In this document: positions 24,401-36,472 of the stretch, piece by piece
Position numbering within the stretch: the stretch's first letter is position 1
Layout of the letters: every line of letters starts with the position of its first letter
Source: Klebsormidium nitens
Lineage: Eukaryota; Plantae; Klebsormidiophyceae
Direction of reading: 5' to 3'
Assembly: GCA_000708835.1 (NCBI GenBank)
Contig: DF236962.1
Span: 124,001 to 188,000 of the forward strand
Length of the DNA stretch: 64,000 nt
Position numbers and translations under genes: made by a program
The notes under the pieces: generated by a model
Database searches by the model: none
What the model was told of the DNA's origin: nothing
Seen by the model: only the letters and a program-made list of their open reading frames with translations

Positions 24401-27400
24401 GACTCTAGACTCCGAATCCGAAACCCTGCAGTTGCGGAAGGAGTTGGAGCAGCGCCAGGCGGAGATGGAGCCCGCATCGCCCCACTACTCCCCAACCGAC
24501 GACCGACCGGCAGACCCGAGCGAGAAGGTGGTGCGCTGGAAAGCCATTATGCAAGAGGAGAAGGTGTCAGCGCGCCAACGAGAGGGCCTCGCAGAGAAGG
24601 TGAAGCAGTCTAAGCAACGAGTATTGTCTCTGCTTTTCAATCATGGCCGTTGCGTGGAGGAGAAGTGTCGGTGTCGGCGCGCTAACGAGAGGGCCTCGCA
24701 GAGAAGTGAAGCTGTTTTACTTTTTGAGTGGTCACTTTGAGACTTCGATTGTAGCCACTGTGCGACCGACAACGCCACTGGAACGATAGGGGTCGATCAG
24801 GCTCTGCGCTCAGGTCATGCGATTTGCTGGCAAGAGAGAAGCCGATTGCGTCAGAGTGGGACATGCACGCGAACTCCGTTTCTTTATCACCTTCTGCTGC
24901 ATTGTGATTCAGTTGGTCGCCCTGGTGACACAATTTCTGCCGCAATCGGGTTTGCCTCCTTCAGAAGACCAAAAATACGCTGGCAGATTAAGCCTTCTGG
25001 GATCGGTTGATGAGTTCGATAATGAATTGTTTCAGATTCAAATTTCTTACATCATCTGACTGCGGACAGGCTTCTCAATCAAGCTGCCCTGTGATGAGGT
25101 TCGAAGTCAATCTCTGACCCCTTCCGAATCGGTCGGGAGGAAGATCGGAGTTCAAAGATTATCTTTGACCCCTGATATTCCTGTTCGAACCCATCAGTTT
25201 GATTATTCTTTGTATCAGATTCATTAGGATTCAAACCCCTTTTCCGACCCCTCATACTCTTTTCCGGCCCCATCCAGGTGGCGCAGATGATGGCGGGCAA
25301 GGAGGCGCATATGCTGGAGGGTGTCCGATCGATCTCTCTTCGGTTGGGGTTTAGAACCCAATCTTCAACGCCTTATAACGGATTGGGTCATAAGAGAGAC
25401 TGGGTTTGAGCTAATTTCTGACCCCCCATATTCCTTTCCAACGACGTCCAAGTGGCCCAGATGATGGCGGGCATGTCGGAGGGTTTCCACTTGATCGCTC
25501 TTGGGATGGGGTTCCAAACCCAGTCTTCGCTTCTTTAACGAAGTACACCCGATTTTGAATTGATAACCCAGTGTCCGACCCCTTATATCCCTTTCGGCTC
25601 CGTCCAGGTGGCCCAGATGATGGCGGGCGAGGAGGCGCGCATGCTGGATGCGGAGCGGCGGCGTGTGCAGGCGCGCATTGAGGCGCGGCTCGGGGCCGAG
25701 GAACAGCGGCTGGTGCAGGAGCGGATGCAGGTGATCGAGGCGCAGCTGCGGCAGGACGAAGAGACGGTGTACGGCAAGCGGAGGCAGGAACTGGAGGAGC
25801 GCATCCAGGAGCGCGTGCGCGGCGAGGAGGAGGCGGCCGTGCTGCGGAAGCGCGCAGAGCTGGAGGCCAAGTGAGAAGTGTTTTCTTTCAGGTTTTGTGG
25901 CCATTTTTATAGGGTCTTGGAATCGAGGGAGGACTTGGAGAAGCGGATCCAGGAGGGTAGACACGTAAAGGAGGATGCGGAAGCGCAGAAGAAGGGCGTG
26001 CCACCTTAGAGGTTCTTAAGTCTGGGTTTGACCGTTCAGATCTCTCCGACTTGGTGTTTAGGTCCCGAAGCCTTCTTGTTTTCAGGCGCTTTGAGATGTT
26101 CTGGACCCGACTGACGTCTTGGTGATTCTTAGTAGGAAATGTAAAGTTCTTGTGCGGAACCGCACTTCTTGCAGAATTTAATGTATCCTGAAGAAGGTCT
26201 GCAAATGTTGGAACGAGAGATGGGACTCTTTCTGCTCTAATGTTTGGGGGATAACTCTGGGCAGGTCATGCCAGTTGCCAGTTGTGAAGCAAAAGGTTTG
26301 CTCGATTGGCTGCTGTCAAGAGTTTGCACAAGACTTGGCTCAAAACAAAATAATCAAACCTTACGTCCGCTCTTCCGCAGTCTTGCGCGAACGTTTGAGA
26401 AGGAGCGCGGCGACCGAGAGATCAGCTTGCGTTTCGAGCTCGAGAAGGAGATGCAGGCGCGGCGCAAGGCTCTGAAAACCGAGATGGAAAAGAAGTCACA
26501 AAGCGATTCCTCCGGCTCCGGTAGCCCGAGCGGGTTTATGGCTAACCTTCTGCCGGGTCAAGCGCTGACCGAGACACAGCTAGTAGACCAAGAGCGAGCG
26601 CAAATGCTGGAGCGGGTGAGGGTTCTGGTCGCGAAAGAAGAGGAGCAACTGCTCAAAGAACAGAGGGAATCGCTGACGGAGAAAGTCAAGCAGACGTTGT
26701 CGGAGGAGGGCGGCGGCGTTGTGGAAGACAAGCGCATGAGCGAGGGTGAGAATAAGGCCCAGGAGGAGTTCACACTAGAACGGAGCCTGTCCATGGAGGG
26801 GTTACAGGAAGGGTTGCGGGAGGGTTTGGGACGGGGCGAAGAAATTGCGAGGGCGGAGGAGGAGGGGCGGGCGCGGTTAGCGCGGGTTAAGGAGGAGGTT
26901 GAGGAGCAGGTTAGGGTGGCGAGGGAGAAGGAGCTTGCGGAGTGGGAAGCGAGGACGAAGGGAGAACTAGAGGCGGCGAAAGAGCGGCGCGTTGCGCAGA
27001 TGCGGGGCGAGATGGATATGCTGGTCAAGTCGGAGAGGCTCAAGGTAGGCAGTGATCGGCTTTGCAAGGTTTTGGTAAGTATAAACCTTGATAGTCGACT
27101 GTCGTGAGACACTCTGCAGCATCTGTGAACTTCACAATTGCGTGAGCTCCGGTGCGTCCATCAGGCATCTGCAAATGTCTGGTTTCTGTAAGCCAATTTT
27201 TTATTGTGAAAAGCCAATCTTTACGGAAGCAGACCATAGTTGCTCTGTTAGTTGCTCGGACACAACCGTCACAAGTGACCATCCTCAAACTTCGTTTCTT
27301 CGATCTGGTGAGTTGCTTGATAGCAAGGGCTGCAGTTCAAAGCCGGAAGAACAAGTTTGAGTTTCTCCTGACAGTTGGCGAAGCAGCGCGAGAAGGACGT

Positions 27401-30400
27401 TGCGGAAGCCAAACGCAAAGCCGAAGAAGAGCGGCTGAGCGCAGAGTCAAGCCCTACGCCAGTCTCTGTTCTTCCGGGGTCTGTGGATCAGTTGGTCAAT
27501 GAAGCCGAGCTTCGGAATGAAAACGAGCGCGCACTAAGCGAGCTTCGGGAAACGTTAAAGCAGGAGCATGCGCACGCAGTGGAGCAACTAGAGGCGGAGC
27601 ACAAACAGTCGCGAGCAGAGTTTGAGAAGGAACGGGCAGAGCTGCGGGAGCAACTAGAGGCGGCCAGAAAGGAGAAGCTAGAGTGGGAGGAGAGTGAGGA
27701 ACTCGAGAGGAAGAAACGGGAGGCGGAGAAGGAGGAGAGACTAGAACAGGAGAAACTAGAGGGGGCGGAAAAGGAGGGCGAGAGGGCGGCCGCGGAGAAC
27801 GAGGGCCGGGAACAGCTGGAGGCGGTGCGGAAACGGTTAGACGAGCAGTTGGCGGAGCTGAATCGGACGGCGGAGGAGGGGCTAGAGGCGGCGCGGAAAA
27901 AAATGGAGGGTGAGCGTGATGCCGAGGAGCAGCGGCAGAGGGAAGCGATGGAGGCGGAGGTCGCGGAGAAGGTGCGCAAGGACAGGCGGCGCATCCTGGA
28001 GGACGAGAAGAAGAAGGAAGCGGAGCTCAAGAAGGAGATGAAGGTGGGCCGTTTGGAACCTTTTCCAGAACGTCTGCTCTTTATTGCGAGGTGGGCTCTG
28101 ATAGTAGGAGCAAGGAACTCGTCAACTGGCGTTTGGCAACGCTTCGGTGTCTTGGGGCCGTGGTCGCTTGGTCAATGATAGGGATAGTTTTGGGTTGAAA
28201 TAAGCTGTTGTTCGGTGCGCCAGATGTGGATTGAGTTTGAGCGCACGGGATTTTTTCTCCTCCGATGACTGTTTAGGCTAGTTTTGATCGATTCGAAACC
28301 CTTTGTATCTATCGATAAGCCTGACAAGGATCGCGACGGTATGACAGGCGCGGCAAGAGTTCCAGCGCGCCAAGATGGAGGCGGAATTAGAGCGGGAGAT
28401 CCGGCGGGAGCGCGAGAAGCGGCGCGAGGCGCTGCGCAAGGAGCTCGAGACGCAGGAGCACGACAGGAAGCGCCAGGCCGACGAGGTGCGCAACGTCACC
28501 TTGGAAACGCAGAGCTCGGTGCAGGACGCGCCGTTTTGAAAGTGTCGGCTTCTCCGTAACAACGGTGTCAAGAGAGGCTCTGTTGCCGAGAAGCTCGGTG
28601 CCCATTTGGCCTTTGAAGTTCGTGAATTCTTCGATTTTGCACCGGTCACTTTTCGAGCTTCAGGGTTTCTGGGTTAGAATGCAAGTCCATTTTTTAGGCT
28701 TGCAAGTGGTTGCACGGGGCCGGAGTCGTACTCTATGGAGACCCAGTATCAAAGTCGTGGTGAGCACTTTCTCGGCAGCTGCGTGCTAAGAGACGCAGCA
28801 GCGCTCGAGGAACAGAGTTTGAACGCAAAACGGTCTGGCTGCAGACAACGACCGATGAACGACGACCGGTTCATATGGGAAGCGGGTTCAAAGTTGACCG
28901 TTAAAATCCGCTGATTGGCCCTGAAACCGCTGGTTTCCGCGCAGGAGTGGCGGGGCAAGGCCGCCAAGATTGAGGAAGACGCGGCGGCGGAGCTGAAGAA
29001 GGTGCGCGCTGCGAAGTCACGCGAGCTGAAAGAAGATCAGGAGTGGCTGGAGAAGGAGGCGGAGGCGGAACTAGACCGGGCGCGCGAGGAAATTGGGCGC
29101 GCCAAAGACCTGCGGCTGGAGCGGCTGAAGCGAGAGACGCAGGCAAGGAACCGCCCTACGACCCTAGCAAATAGATATAGTGTCTCTTCTAGTCATTTCA
29201 AAAACTTGATCGCACAAAAGAAGAAGTGGTAGTCGAGCTCTTCTGCATATTCAGGGTTCAATTCTCGACCTCAAGTTTCTTTCAAGAGAGTGGCCTTGAG
29301 ACAAGGCGTGTACATGTCGATATGAAAGATATCAGAATTGGTCTTCTAGACTGCCATTTTACCATTCCTTGTAGCCTTAGGATTTAAAAGAAAGTTGGAT
29401 TGAAAAGTTGGCAGCTTATTGCTTATGTGAATCGTTACCAGGGCTAGACTCGATGATCATTCCGGATCCGTGTCGGTGTCTTCAAAATTGACTTCAGGTC
29501 GACGGGCTGAGAGTTTGTACAATATGTCCTGACGTTGTTGGCTGCTTCAAAGCTCATTCCAGTTGACTGCAAACAACTGTAGACGTACTCCCTTTCGGAA
29601 GTTCAAACCCCTGTTTCTTTGATAACAGGACGACATTGAGAGGGAGGAGGAGCGTGCGGAGGTGCGCAAGGCGGAGCGATCAAAGCAACTCGAGCGCTCG
29701 TTGCAAGACCTCGAGAGGGACGGCGCGCGCGCGCTCGAAGATGCGCAGCGCAGGGCGGCAGAACACCGATCGCATGTTTCCGCAGAAGCGGCGGAGGGGC
29801 GTGTGCTGACGTCAGCGCGAGTCACGGATGACGACACGGAGCGGAGGCTGACAAGAGGAGGCGGGAGCAGGGGAGCAGAGATGGAGGCTTGGCTCACGCA
29901 GCCTGTCGGTGATAATGGAGAAGCGAGGGACCCGAGAACTCCGGCGGCCAGGTTGCAAGCGGCTGCACCGGTGTCAGAATCAGGTACCCAAACGGCGGAG
30001 GTCGGAAAGAGACTGGGTAGGGAGCCGCCCGGGGAGTTGAACCGGGCGCGAGACGAAGCGGAGGGGCAGGAGCTTCAGGGCCTGGAGCAAGTCCGAGAGG
30101 AGGCCAACTCGGAGCGGTCCGAGATTCTGCAGCACTTCATGCGGGACGCGCTGGCGAAGCAGTCTCAGATGTTGCGGCACGCGACGTGGGATGCGGAGGA
30201 AGGAAGGGTTGACTCCAAGGGGCAGCGGGGAAGCGGGCCGAAGAAGGGTGGCAGTGTGCGAGGCTCCGGCAGTTTGTCTGGGTCGATTACGGACGGTCTG
30301 GGTCCTGCGTGGAGTCCGCATGCCAGGTCTGAGGGGGGCAGCCCCGTCCGACGAGTGCACAATGTCTTGCCACGTGGCCAGTCGTTACCCGGGCACACGG

Positions 30401-33400
30401 GGGATCCCCTCACCCCGGAAAGGCTTGATCGAGTGCAGAATGTCTTGCCACGTGGCCAGTCGTTACCTGGGCACACGGGGGATCCCCTCACCCCCGAGAG
30501 AAAAACACCGCAAGGGGGGGGTCCAGTATTCGGCCGACCGGGGACGGTTGACGATGTGTCTAATGGAGGGGAAAGTTTCGGGGCGGAAAGCGCGCCCCCT
30601 AGATTGGGGAGAAGCCCCGAGGGCCAGCGGCAAGTACTCCCGGGAGACCCCGACATTTCGACCGCGCAGCTGATGGAGGACCTGCGGAAGCACAAGGTGA
30701 CGTCACCGGAACGGATGGTCCGGCACGGGCTCGAAAGCGAATCCGTAAAGAGTAGTAATGGCAATGGTAGCCTGGCGCACAGCGGAGGGAGCGGCGCGAG
30801 CCCCGAGATGAGCAGCGGGTGGTCGCTTTTGCTCGACGAGCAGAACGAGAAGGAGGGGAATGTGGAGATGAGGCTCGGGCGGTTGAAGACCAGGAGTCCC
30901 GAGCCAAACCTAACCCCTGTGGTTAAGCTAGCGTTCCACGATAAACCAGACAATGAGGCAGGAGTTGATCACATAGGGGACAATAACCCTGGCTACGGTT
31001 TAGCAATCCAGGCGACGATCATGGCCCCCATTTCGCCCCTTCCCCACAAAGACCTTGTTTCGGGGGGGGCCTCGTCGATCATCCTAGAGGCGAAGGTCCC
31101 TTCTGGTGCCCACTTTGCGATCAGTGATGCACCGTCCGGCGCTGCAAAGGCGCATGCGCTACCCTATGACGTCAGCCGTCCGTCAGCTGCGCCACTCCTG
31201 CCCGACGCCCCCTGGAACAAGAGCACCGACCGGCACAAGCCTCCACTTCCGGGCCAGTCGCCCGCTTTCCGCATATCCGAAGAGGCCTTCTTCGTCGAGC
31301 CAGCCCCCGATTTGGTGCCCGAGGGGGGGTCGTTGCTGGACGAGATCACCCCCCCAGAAAGCGAGAACCCTCACGAGGATTTCGAAGACATGGAGAGCCT
31401 GGCGAGCACGGTGACGTCAGCGCGTGCGAGCGGGGTCGACGGGGCCCGGCACGTGTGGGAGGAGCACTTCGGGGAGCGCGGGAGCAGTGCGATGCTTCGA
31501 GCCAATTCGTTGCCCGTGCAGGTAAGAATCGCGACCGGATTATCATCAGATTGGTCCCCGTCTTGTTTCTGTCCTGGATTACAAGACGACGTGCTTCAGA
31601 GTCGTGTCGCCCAACTTGCGGTTGTGGGCGAGGTTCAGTTATGCCTGGCTTGCGAGTAACAAGAGCGGACTCTTCTTCTTGTTAAGTTCGGGAACACATA
31701 CGTAGCCGCATCCCTACTTAGCTTTTCTTTCTCACACGCTTTCTGTGGCTTGAATTTAGCAACGAGCAGAAAAGGGGCTTTCGACTTTGCTGGCTGAGGG
31801 CTCAACTCCTAGAAACTTGACTGGTGGGTTACAAAGGCGTGTACCCCAATCGGAGACGGATCAGATGGTCCACACATTCGAGCAAATCAACAGTCTTGAG
31901 TGCTGCACCTGGGACCCGGGTTCAACACTTTATCCTTTACTTAGACTTAATTTCGTACAAAAGCCGCCGATCCGCACGGTGGTACCGAGCGCGAACAAAG
32001 TGCATTAAGTGTAGAGCCTTCCGGCCTGCCCACCTCGAATGTAAAAGGCATGGCATCATCCGCAACGGTCTGACTCGTGTCGTTTGCTTTTGTCAGCGAA
32101 CGGAGGACGTCCCGCCCGCGCCACCTGGCGGGCTGTCGTTGGCGGAGAAGGCGCACGTGTTCCTGACCCACCAGCGCAAGTTCCTCAAGGAGCGGCAGCT
32201 CATCATTGAGCAGGCGCGGGCCGACTGGAAGAAGCGGCTCCAGGAACTAGACCAGGTGAAAACGACATTCCGAGATCCAGAACGTTAATACTTTTGAGTC
32301 TCTGGATGATTCCAGATCAAAAACCCTAAGTTTCTGCTAAATCTTAGACCGACTCATTTGCGACCAGTCTGCTTGTTTAATCATAGATTCTATCTCTGGA
32401 TGCATACGAGCACGAGGATATATTAAGCTAGTCGATTCTTGTGAGGCAGGAAATTTAGCTTTAAAAGCGTATTCAAAAACTGAGGCGGCTTTCCTTTACA
32501 GTGAAGCTCCGGCAACAAGAAAGATTCCCCGCTGCCTTTCAAACTCCTTTTCGTAGTCTCGGCTTTCTACGTCCATCGACAGCACACGATGTTTTGAAGG
32601 GAGTGCTGGCAATACGTTACTGATGAGTACACGAACTTCGCGAAATAATACTGAAGCATTGCCCATTGACATATCCCCAGGCGCTTCTCACGATTTAGGA
32701 ATGGTCGACCCGTGGCGACAGTTCAGGAGTTAAGACAGGATGCGACAAGGAGAATCAGCAGAGTCCAGTCACTTTTACTGCGTTGCTTCTTCTGTGGACA
32801 GATGTCTAGTGAGGAGCGGGTGCGCAAACGCGGGTCATACCGTCCGATCATAATATCGGAACGTACCAGACAACTCAAAGCCCTGATTTTACAGAACCGT
32901 GATTCTTTCCCTGAAGCAGCTAAACTCACGGTGTAACATTGTGTCATTCGTGGTGACAGCTGGCGGCGGGCGAGGAGCGGCAGCGCAAGCGCGGCTTTTT
33001 GATGCAGCTCAAGGTGACGCTCGAGGACGCGGCACATCGGGTCAACCAGGAGGCGCGCCAGATGCGCGCGCTCAAGCACGAGCTTCTAGGGGAGGTGAGC
33101 ATCGCTTATAGCGTCGAATAGCGTATTTGATGCCCGCGCTTTTGACTGAGCGGCGCTCGAGATCGAGCGATGAGCGCCTTGTATGCATCGGCTGGCTTAT
33201 CGGACACTAACGACTGTTGAGCAACGGGCGCGCCAAATCTGCGCGCTCAAGACCGAGCTCTTGAGGAGGTGCTACCCGCCATAGCTTATGTGTCTTCCAC
33301 GAGCCTATGACCATCCCTCCTGGTCATCCGGTTGCTGAGACTTTTAATTACCTACTTGTACAATACCTCGTCGGAACCAGCGTCGAGCGCACAGGGAACA

Positions 33401-34368
33401 CGTGCAGTGTTCGACGACTGTGAAACTCTGCATCCCTCCTGCCAAAAGGAGCAACACGACGGAAGAGTTCTCGTTGTGGAATGCACATCCTTTCCCGCTT
33501 CTTTCCAAGTAAAAGGCTGGCCCGTTTGGAGTCCGCTCTCCCCCTTCGGCCATGCAAGGCTCGTCATCTTTTGCCAGTCTTCAGGCCCTAAAGTCAGCCG
33601 CATCATGTTTTTGCCAGGCCGCTCCGCCCGCCGGAGTTCCGGTGTTCCGGACCACCCTTCCAGCCCGGAACGGCGGCACCCGCCAGCGTTGGTCTGGTAC
33701 CGAAGAGTTGCAGCGGCCCCGGACGGCGGACGCCGCGGAAAGACAGAGAGCCAGCTGGTCGGGGCCGTCCGGTGCGCCGCCCGAAAGTGCCCGCTCTAGT
33801 TTGAGGTGAGCGGTTCGGCCCTTCGTGCAACTACAAAATCCTCCCTTTTGCTAGTCTTATTCCTACCTGGGGGTTAGTAGGAAGGTTTGCAAAATTCCGA
33901 TTTCACGAGTGAAAACCAGCTTGTGGTTGTCAGAGGGTTAGTCGCCCTTTCTCGCTGCCGTTTCGCGTGATCAACCCAGTAACATTACCGGCCATGTACA
34001 GAAGGAAAAATTGCTTTCACCGCTTTCAATACTTGTCAGGTGAATAAGGGCGGCAAGAAGCCCGCTCGCTTCTCAAGACCTCTTGATCGCCATTCTGAAT
34101 CCAGCAGCACTCTCGCGGACTGTTCTACTTGGCGTGGAAATAGCGTGGAAATACCGTGGAAATAGCGTCTTCTTGCCTGATTTGCAGGTCGGCCGGGCCA
34201 CGTGACCCGGTGCCTAGCAAACTGATGGGCCTCTTGGTCCGGTGGACCACCGAGCGGCAGATCGCCGGCGACCTGGCGCAGGAGCACTCGCTCTGGATGG
34301 CCGCCTCCCAAGAGAGACTGCGCACGGCCGGGGCGGTTCTCAATATCAGAGCGCCCATCAAGCAATGA
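15466..34368 (+). CDS. CEP164: CEP164-like centriolar distal-appendage protein (N-terminal WW domain plus long coiled coils), ~2,100 aa
   Basis: 22 phase-consistent exons: 15466-15535 (alternative in-frame ATG at 15445), 17265-17376, 18018-18174, 18709-18873, 19355-19538, 19958-20292, 20910-21119, 21594-21671, 22146-22247, 22804-22875, 23868-24047, 24432-24599, 25608-25870, 26381-27044, 27375-28043, 28348-28485, 28945-29142 (GC donor), 29629-31521, 32097-32255, 32960-33094, 33618-33805, 34188-34368. N-terminus [87 protein letters not shown] is the CEP164 signature. Confidence 0.9.
20686..20727. repeat. Perfect 21-bp tandem duplication (CTCAACCGGCAGAATCACCTG x2), intronic
   Basis: Seen directly in the sequence. 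Confidence 0.85.
23345..23915 (+). repeat. Five tandem ~106-142 bp copies of a 3' splice site plus exon start; only the last precedes a full exon
   Basis: AG|T(C/T)GCTG(C/T)C..GGAG.GT.GC.G..GC..AGG.GCTGAT with exon-like starts at 23360, 23466, 23589, 23731 and 23868. Confidence 0.9.
25260..25650 (+). repeat. Three tandem copies of an acceptor plus exon start (GTGGC[G/C]CAGATGATGGCGGGC)
   Basis: Copies start at 25278 (AG intact), 25452 (AA, acceptor lost) and 25608 (real exon). Confidence 0.85.
30352..30501 (+). repeat. 78-nt (26-aa) in-frame tandem repeat inside the large CEP164 exon
   Basis: [26 protein letters not shown] followed by [24 protein letters not shown]; units start at 30352 and 30430. 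Confidence 0.9.
34132..34168. repeat. 11-bp tandem repeat (GCGTGGAAATA x3) just upstream of the last CEP164 acceptor
   Basis: Seen directly; one unit starts with C instead of G. Confidence 0.8.
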
Positions 34369-35862
34369 AGGTGAGTTCGAGGTGCGGTATAGATTTGTTG
34401 GCGGAACGAATTGCGAGTGTCTGTAACTCGGGTACAAAGTTCTGTTCGTTTTAGTCGAATCCGCAAAGCCATATCTAGCAGAGAGCTCGCAAGGATCCTG
34501 AAAGTGCTCTGGATATGTTGCTCTGTGAGAGGAGACGCTCGACCAAACGAAACGGAAAAGGTCGACTCTTCGGCGGCAGCTTTGGCATGGGCCTCTGCAG
34601 TGTCGCACAAAAGTACTTTGGTCTCTCGACCCGATATTCGAGCTCTGCTCTTGTAAGGCTCGCAATCGCTAACCTTGTGAATTACTCTTCATGCAGGTTG
34701 GACTCGGTTCTACGATCACGATCCTGGTGCGGGGCCAAAGCGAACTTGAAACTTCACTGCCTTCTGATCAAGGTTAGCACTAAACAGCTTAGGTGGAAGC
34801 CAGGCGAACCGAGGATCATGCGTCAAGCAGCACCGCCAAAAAACCCTTAAATATCTGCGCATCTTAGAAAGCTGGGCTCAGCTTACAAATAGGTACATAA
34901 ACGGTCATAGCTATGGGTGACCTACAAGGTGGTGCCTGCTTCATGTTGATACTGAAGTTTCGCCGTTTCCTTGCCTACCAAGGATCTGGTTCTTGTCTTC
35001 AGTTAGGTTCGTCTTCGGTGGTAGAAAAGGAAAATTTCAAACCGATTCGATCATTAGTGTTGAGTATCAAGGTGACGCAAGGCCCCTGGACTTCAGGACA
35101 TTATCTTTCTTACAAAACCTTTGTGCTTTATCTATATGTAAGTAAGACCCCTAAGTCGTCACAACTAAATCCTGTGCAAACCAAAGGCGCGTTGCTCTGT
35201 GACAGACTGCACCACCTGGTTTGAATTCTAGTTGTCTTTTGACTAGAAAATGAAGCCATGAAATCTTGAACGAGCAGATTGCACTTATGGTCCCAGCCCA
35301 TATGCTGGTGCTCCTGCCGGCATGCAGCGGCCTTACTGCCTTGCGTTATAGCGATTCGCAGGGTGTTCAACGTATATGACCATCGGAACCCAACCACGGG
35401 GTATGGGGCTAGCGACGGCCCTTGGTTTTGACTCTTTCGATCGAGACCCGGGCCTGCGCCAGACCATAACAATTGGGATTGATCATTCGATCATGATCAT
35501 CTGCGACATGTACGAACTGAGCGCTGATGCCTGAAACTGGTACGTAAACAACGTGATATCATGCAGGGCACATGGCACGTATACTGTAGACCAGCGAGCT
35601 TTCGTCCACGTCGTGCTGCGCAACGTGCATGTATGATCAAATTCATATGGGCCTGGTTTTTCCTTGCAGGTATGTGCTCTGGTTTGACCGAAGCTCGCAT
35701 GCAAATGCAGGTACACATATGAAGGTATGCAACATTCAACTGCTAAGGTACGGCCTGGTGCATTCATGTTTGCATCAAAGCACAATCATGGACCGTCATG
35801 GACCGTGCATACATCTGGCAGATTTGCTTGGCAACTTCACCACTTCTTGTGCCTGATGAGAG

Positions 35863-35922
35863 GTGCTAGCTCGTGCTAGCTCGTGCTAGCTCGGTGCTAG
35901 CTAGGTGCTAGCTCGGTGCTAG
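35863..35922. repeat. Minisatellite of GTGCTAGCTC(G) units (~6 copies), intergenic
   Basis: Seen directly in the sequence. Confidence 0.85.
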
Positions 35923-36472
35923 AGATGATGTAAGCAGTCACTGAGATTCAGAACACCCAAACTCAGAGCAGGCCAAAGCCTACAGTACCTACTACGATTC
36001 GACGGGCGCCGCAGTAAGCGCGGCCGCGCCTACATCAGCACCGCGGCCGCGCGTGCCACTTGGGAAAAAGGATGCGGCTGCACACTCGACAAGTTGCATA
36101 CATGGCGCGAATGAAGCCTCATGAGCGCGGGCGAGTAGCACACGTGAGGAACTGTGGCGGTCAATGTTATGGTCTTGACAAGCCTGATATATTCCAGGCT
36201 CAGGCAATCACAATGATAGGAGGTCTGAATGGGCCTAGGGGAGCCCTGTCGGGGGCTCTGGATGCGAGAGATTTGCTGTGAAGCGACAAGTGTCACAAAA
36301 GAAGCCTGAACTCCATAAAGTGCTGCAGAATTGGGGGATTATGGGGAAGTAGCATGAAAGACACAAGGTGCTTGAGCCGGCCAAAAATCATCAGTAAGGG
36401 TGGGCCGCATGCCTGAAGCAGATTCTAAAATGAAAAGATCATAGAGGGCGCGGAGTTTGCAGATTGGCATCA

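Noticed and set aside
34700-36300. Several 70-115 aa ORFs between CEP164 and VPS13
   Set aside because: No motif similarity or coherent exon structure; likely UTR, promoter or intergenic sequence.
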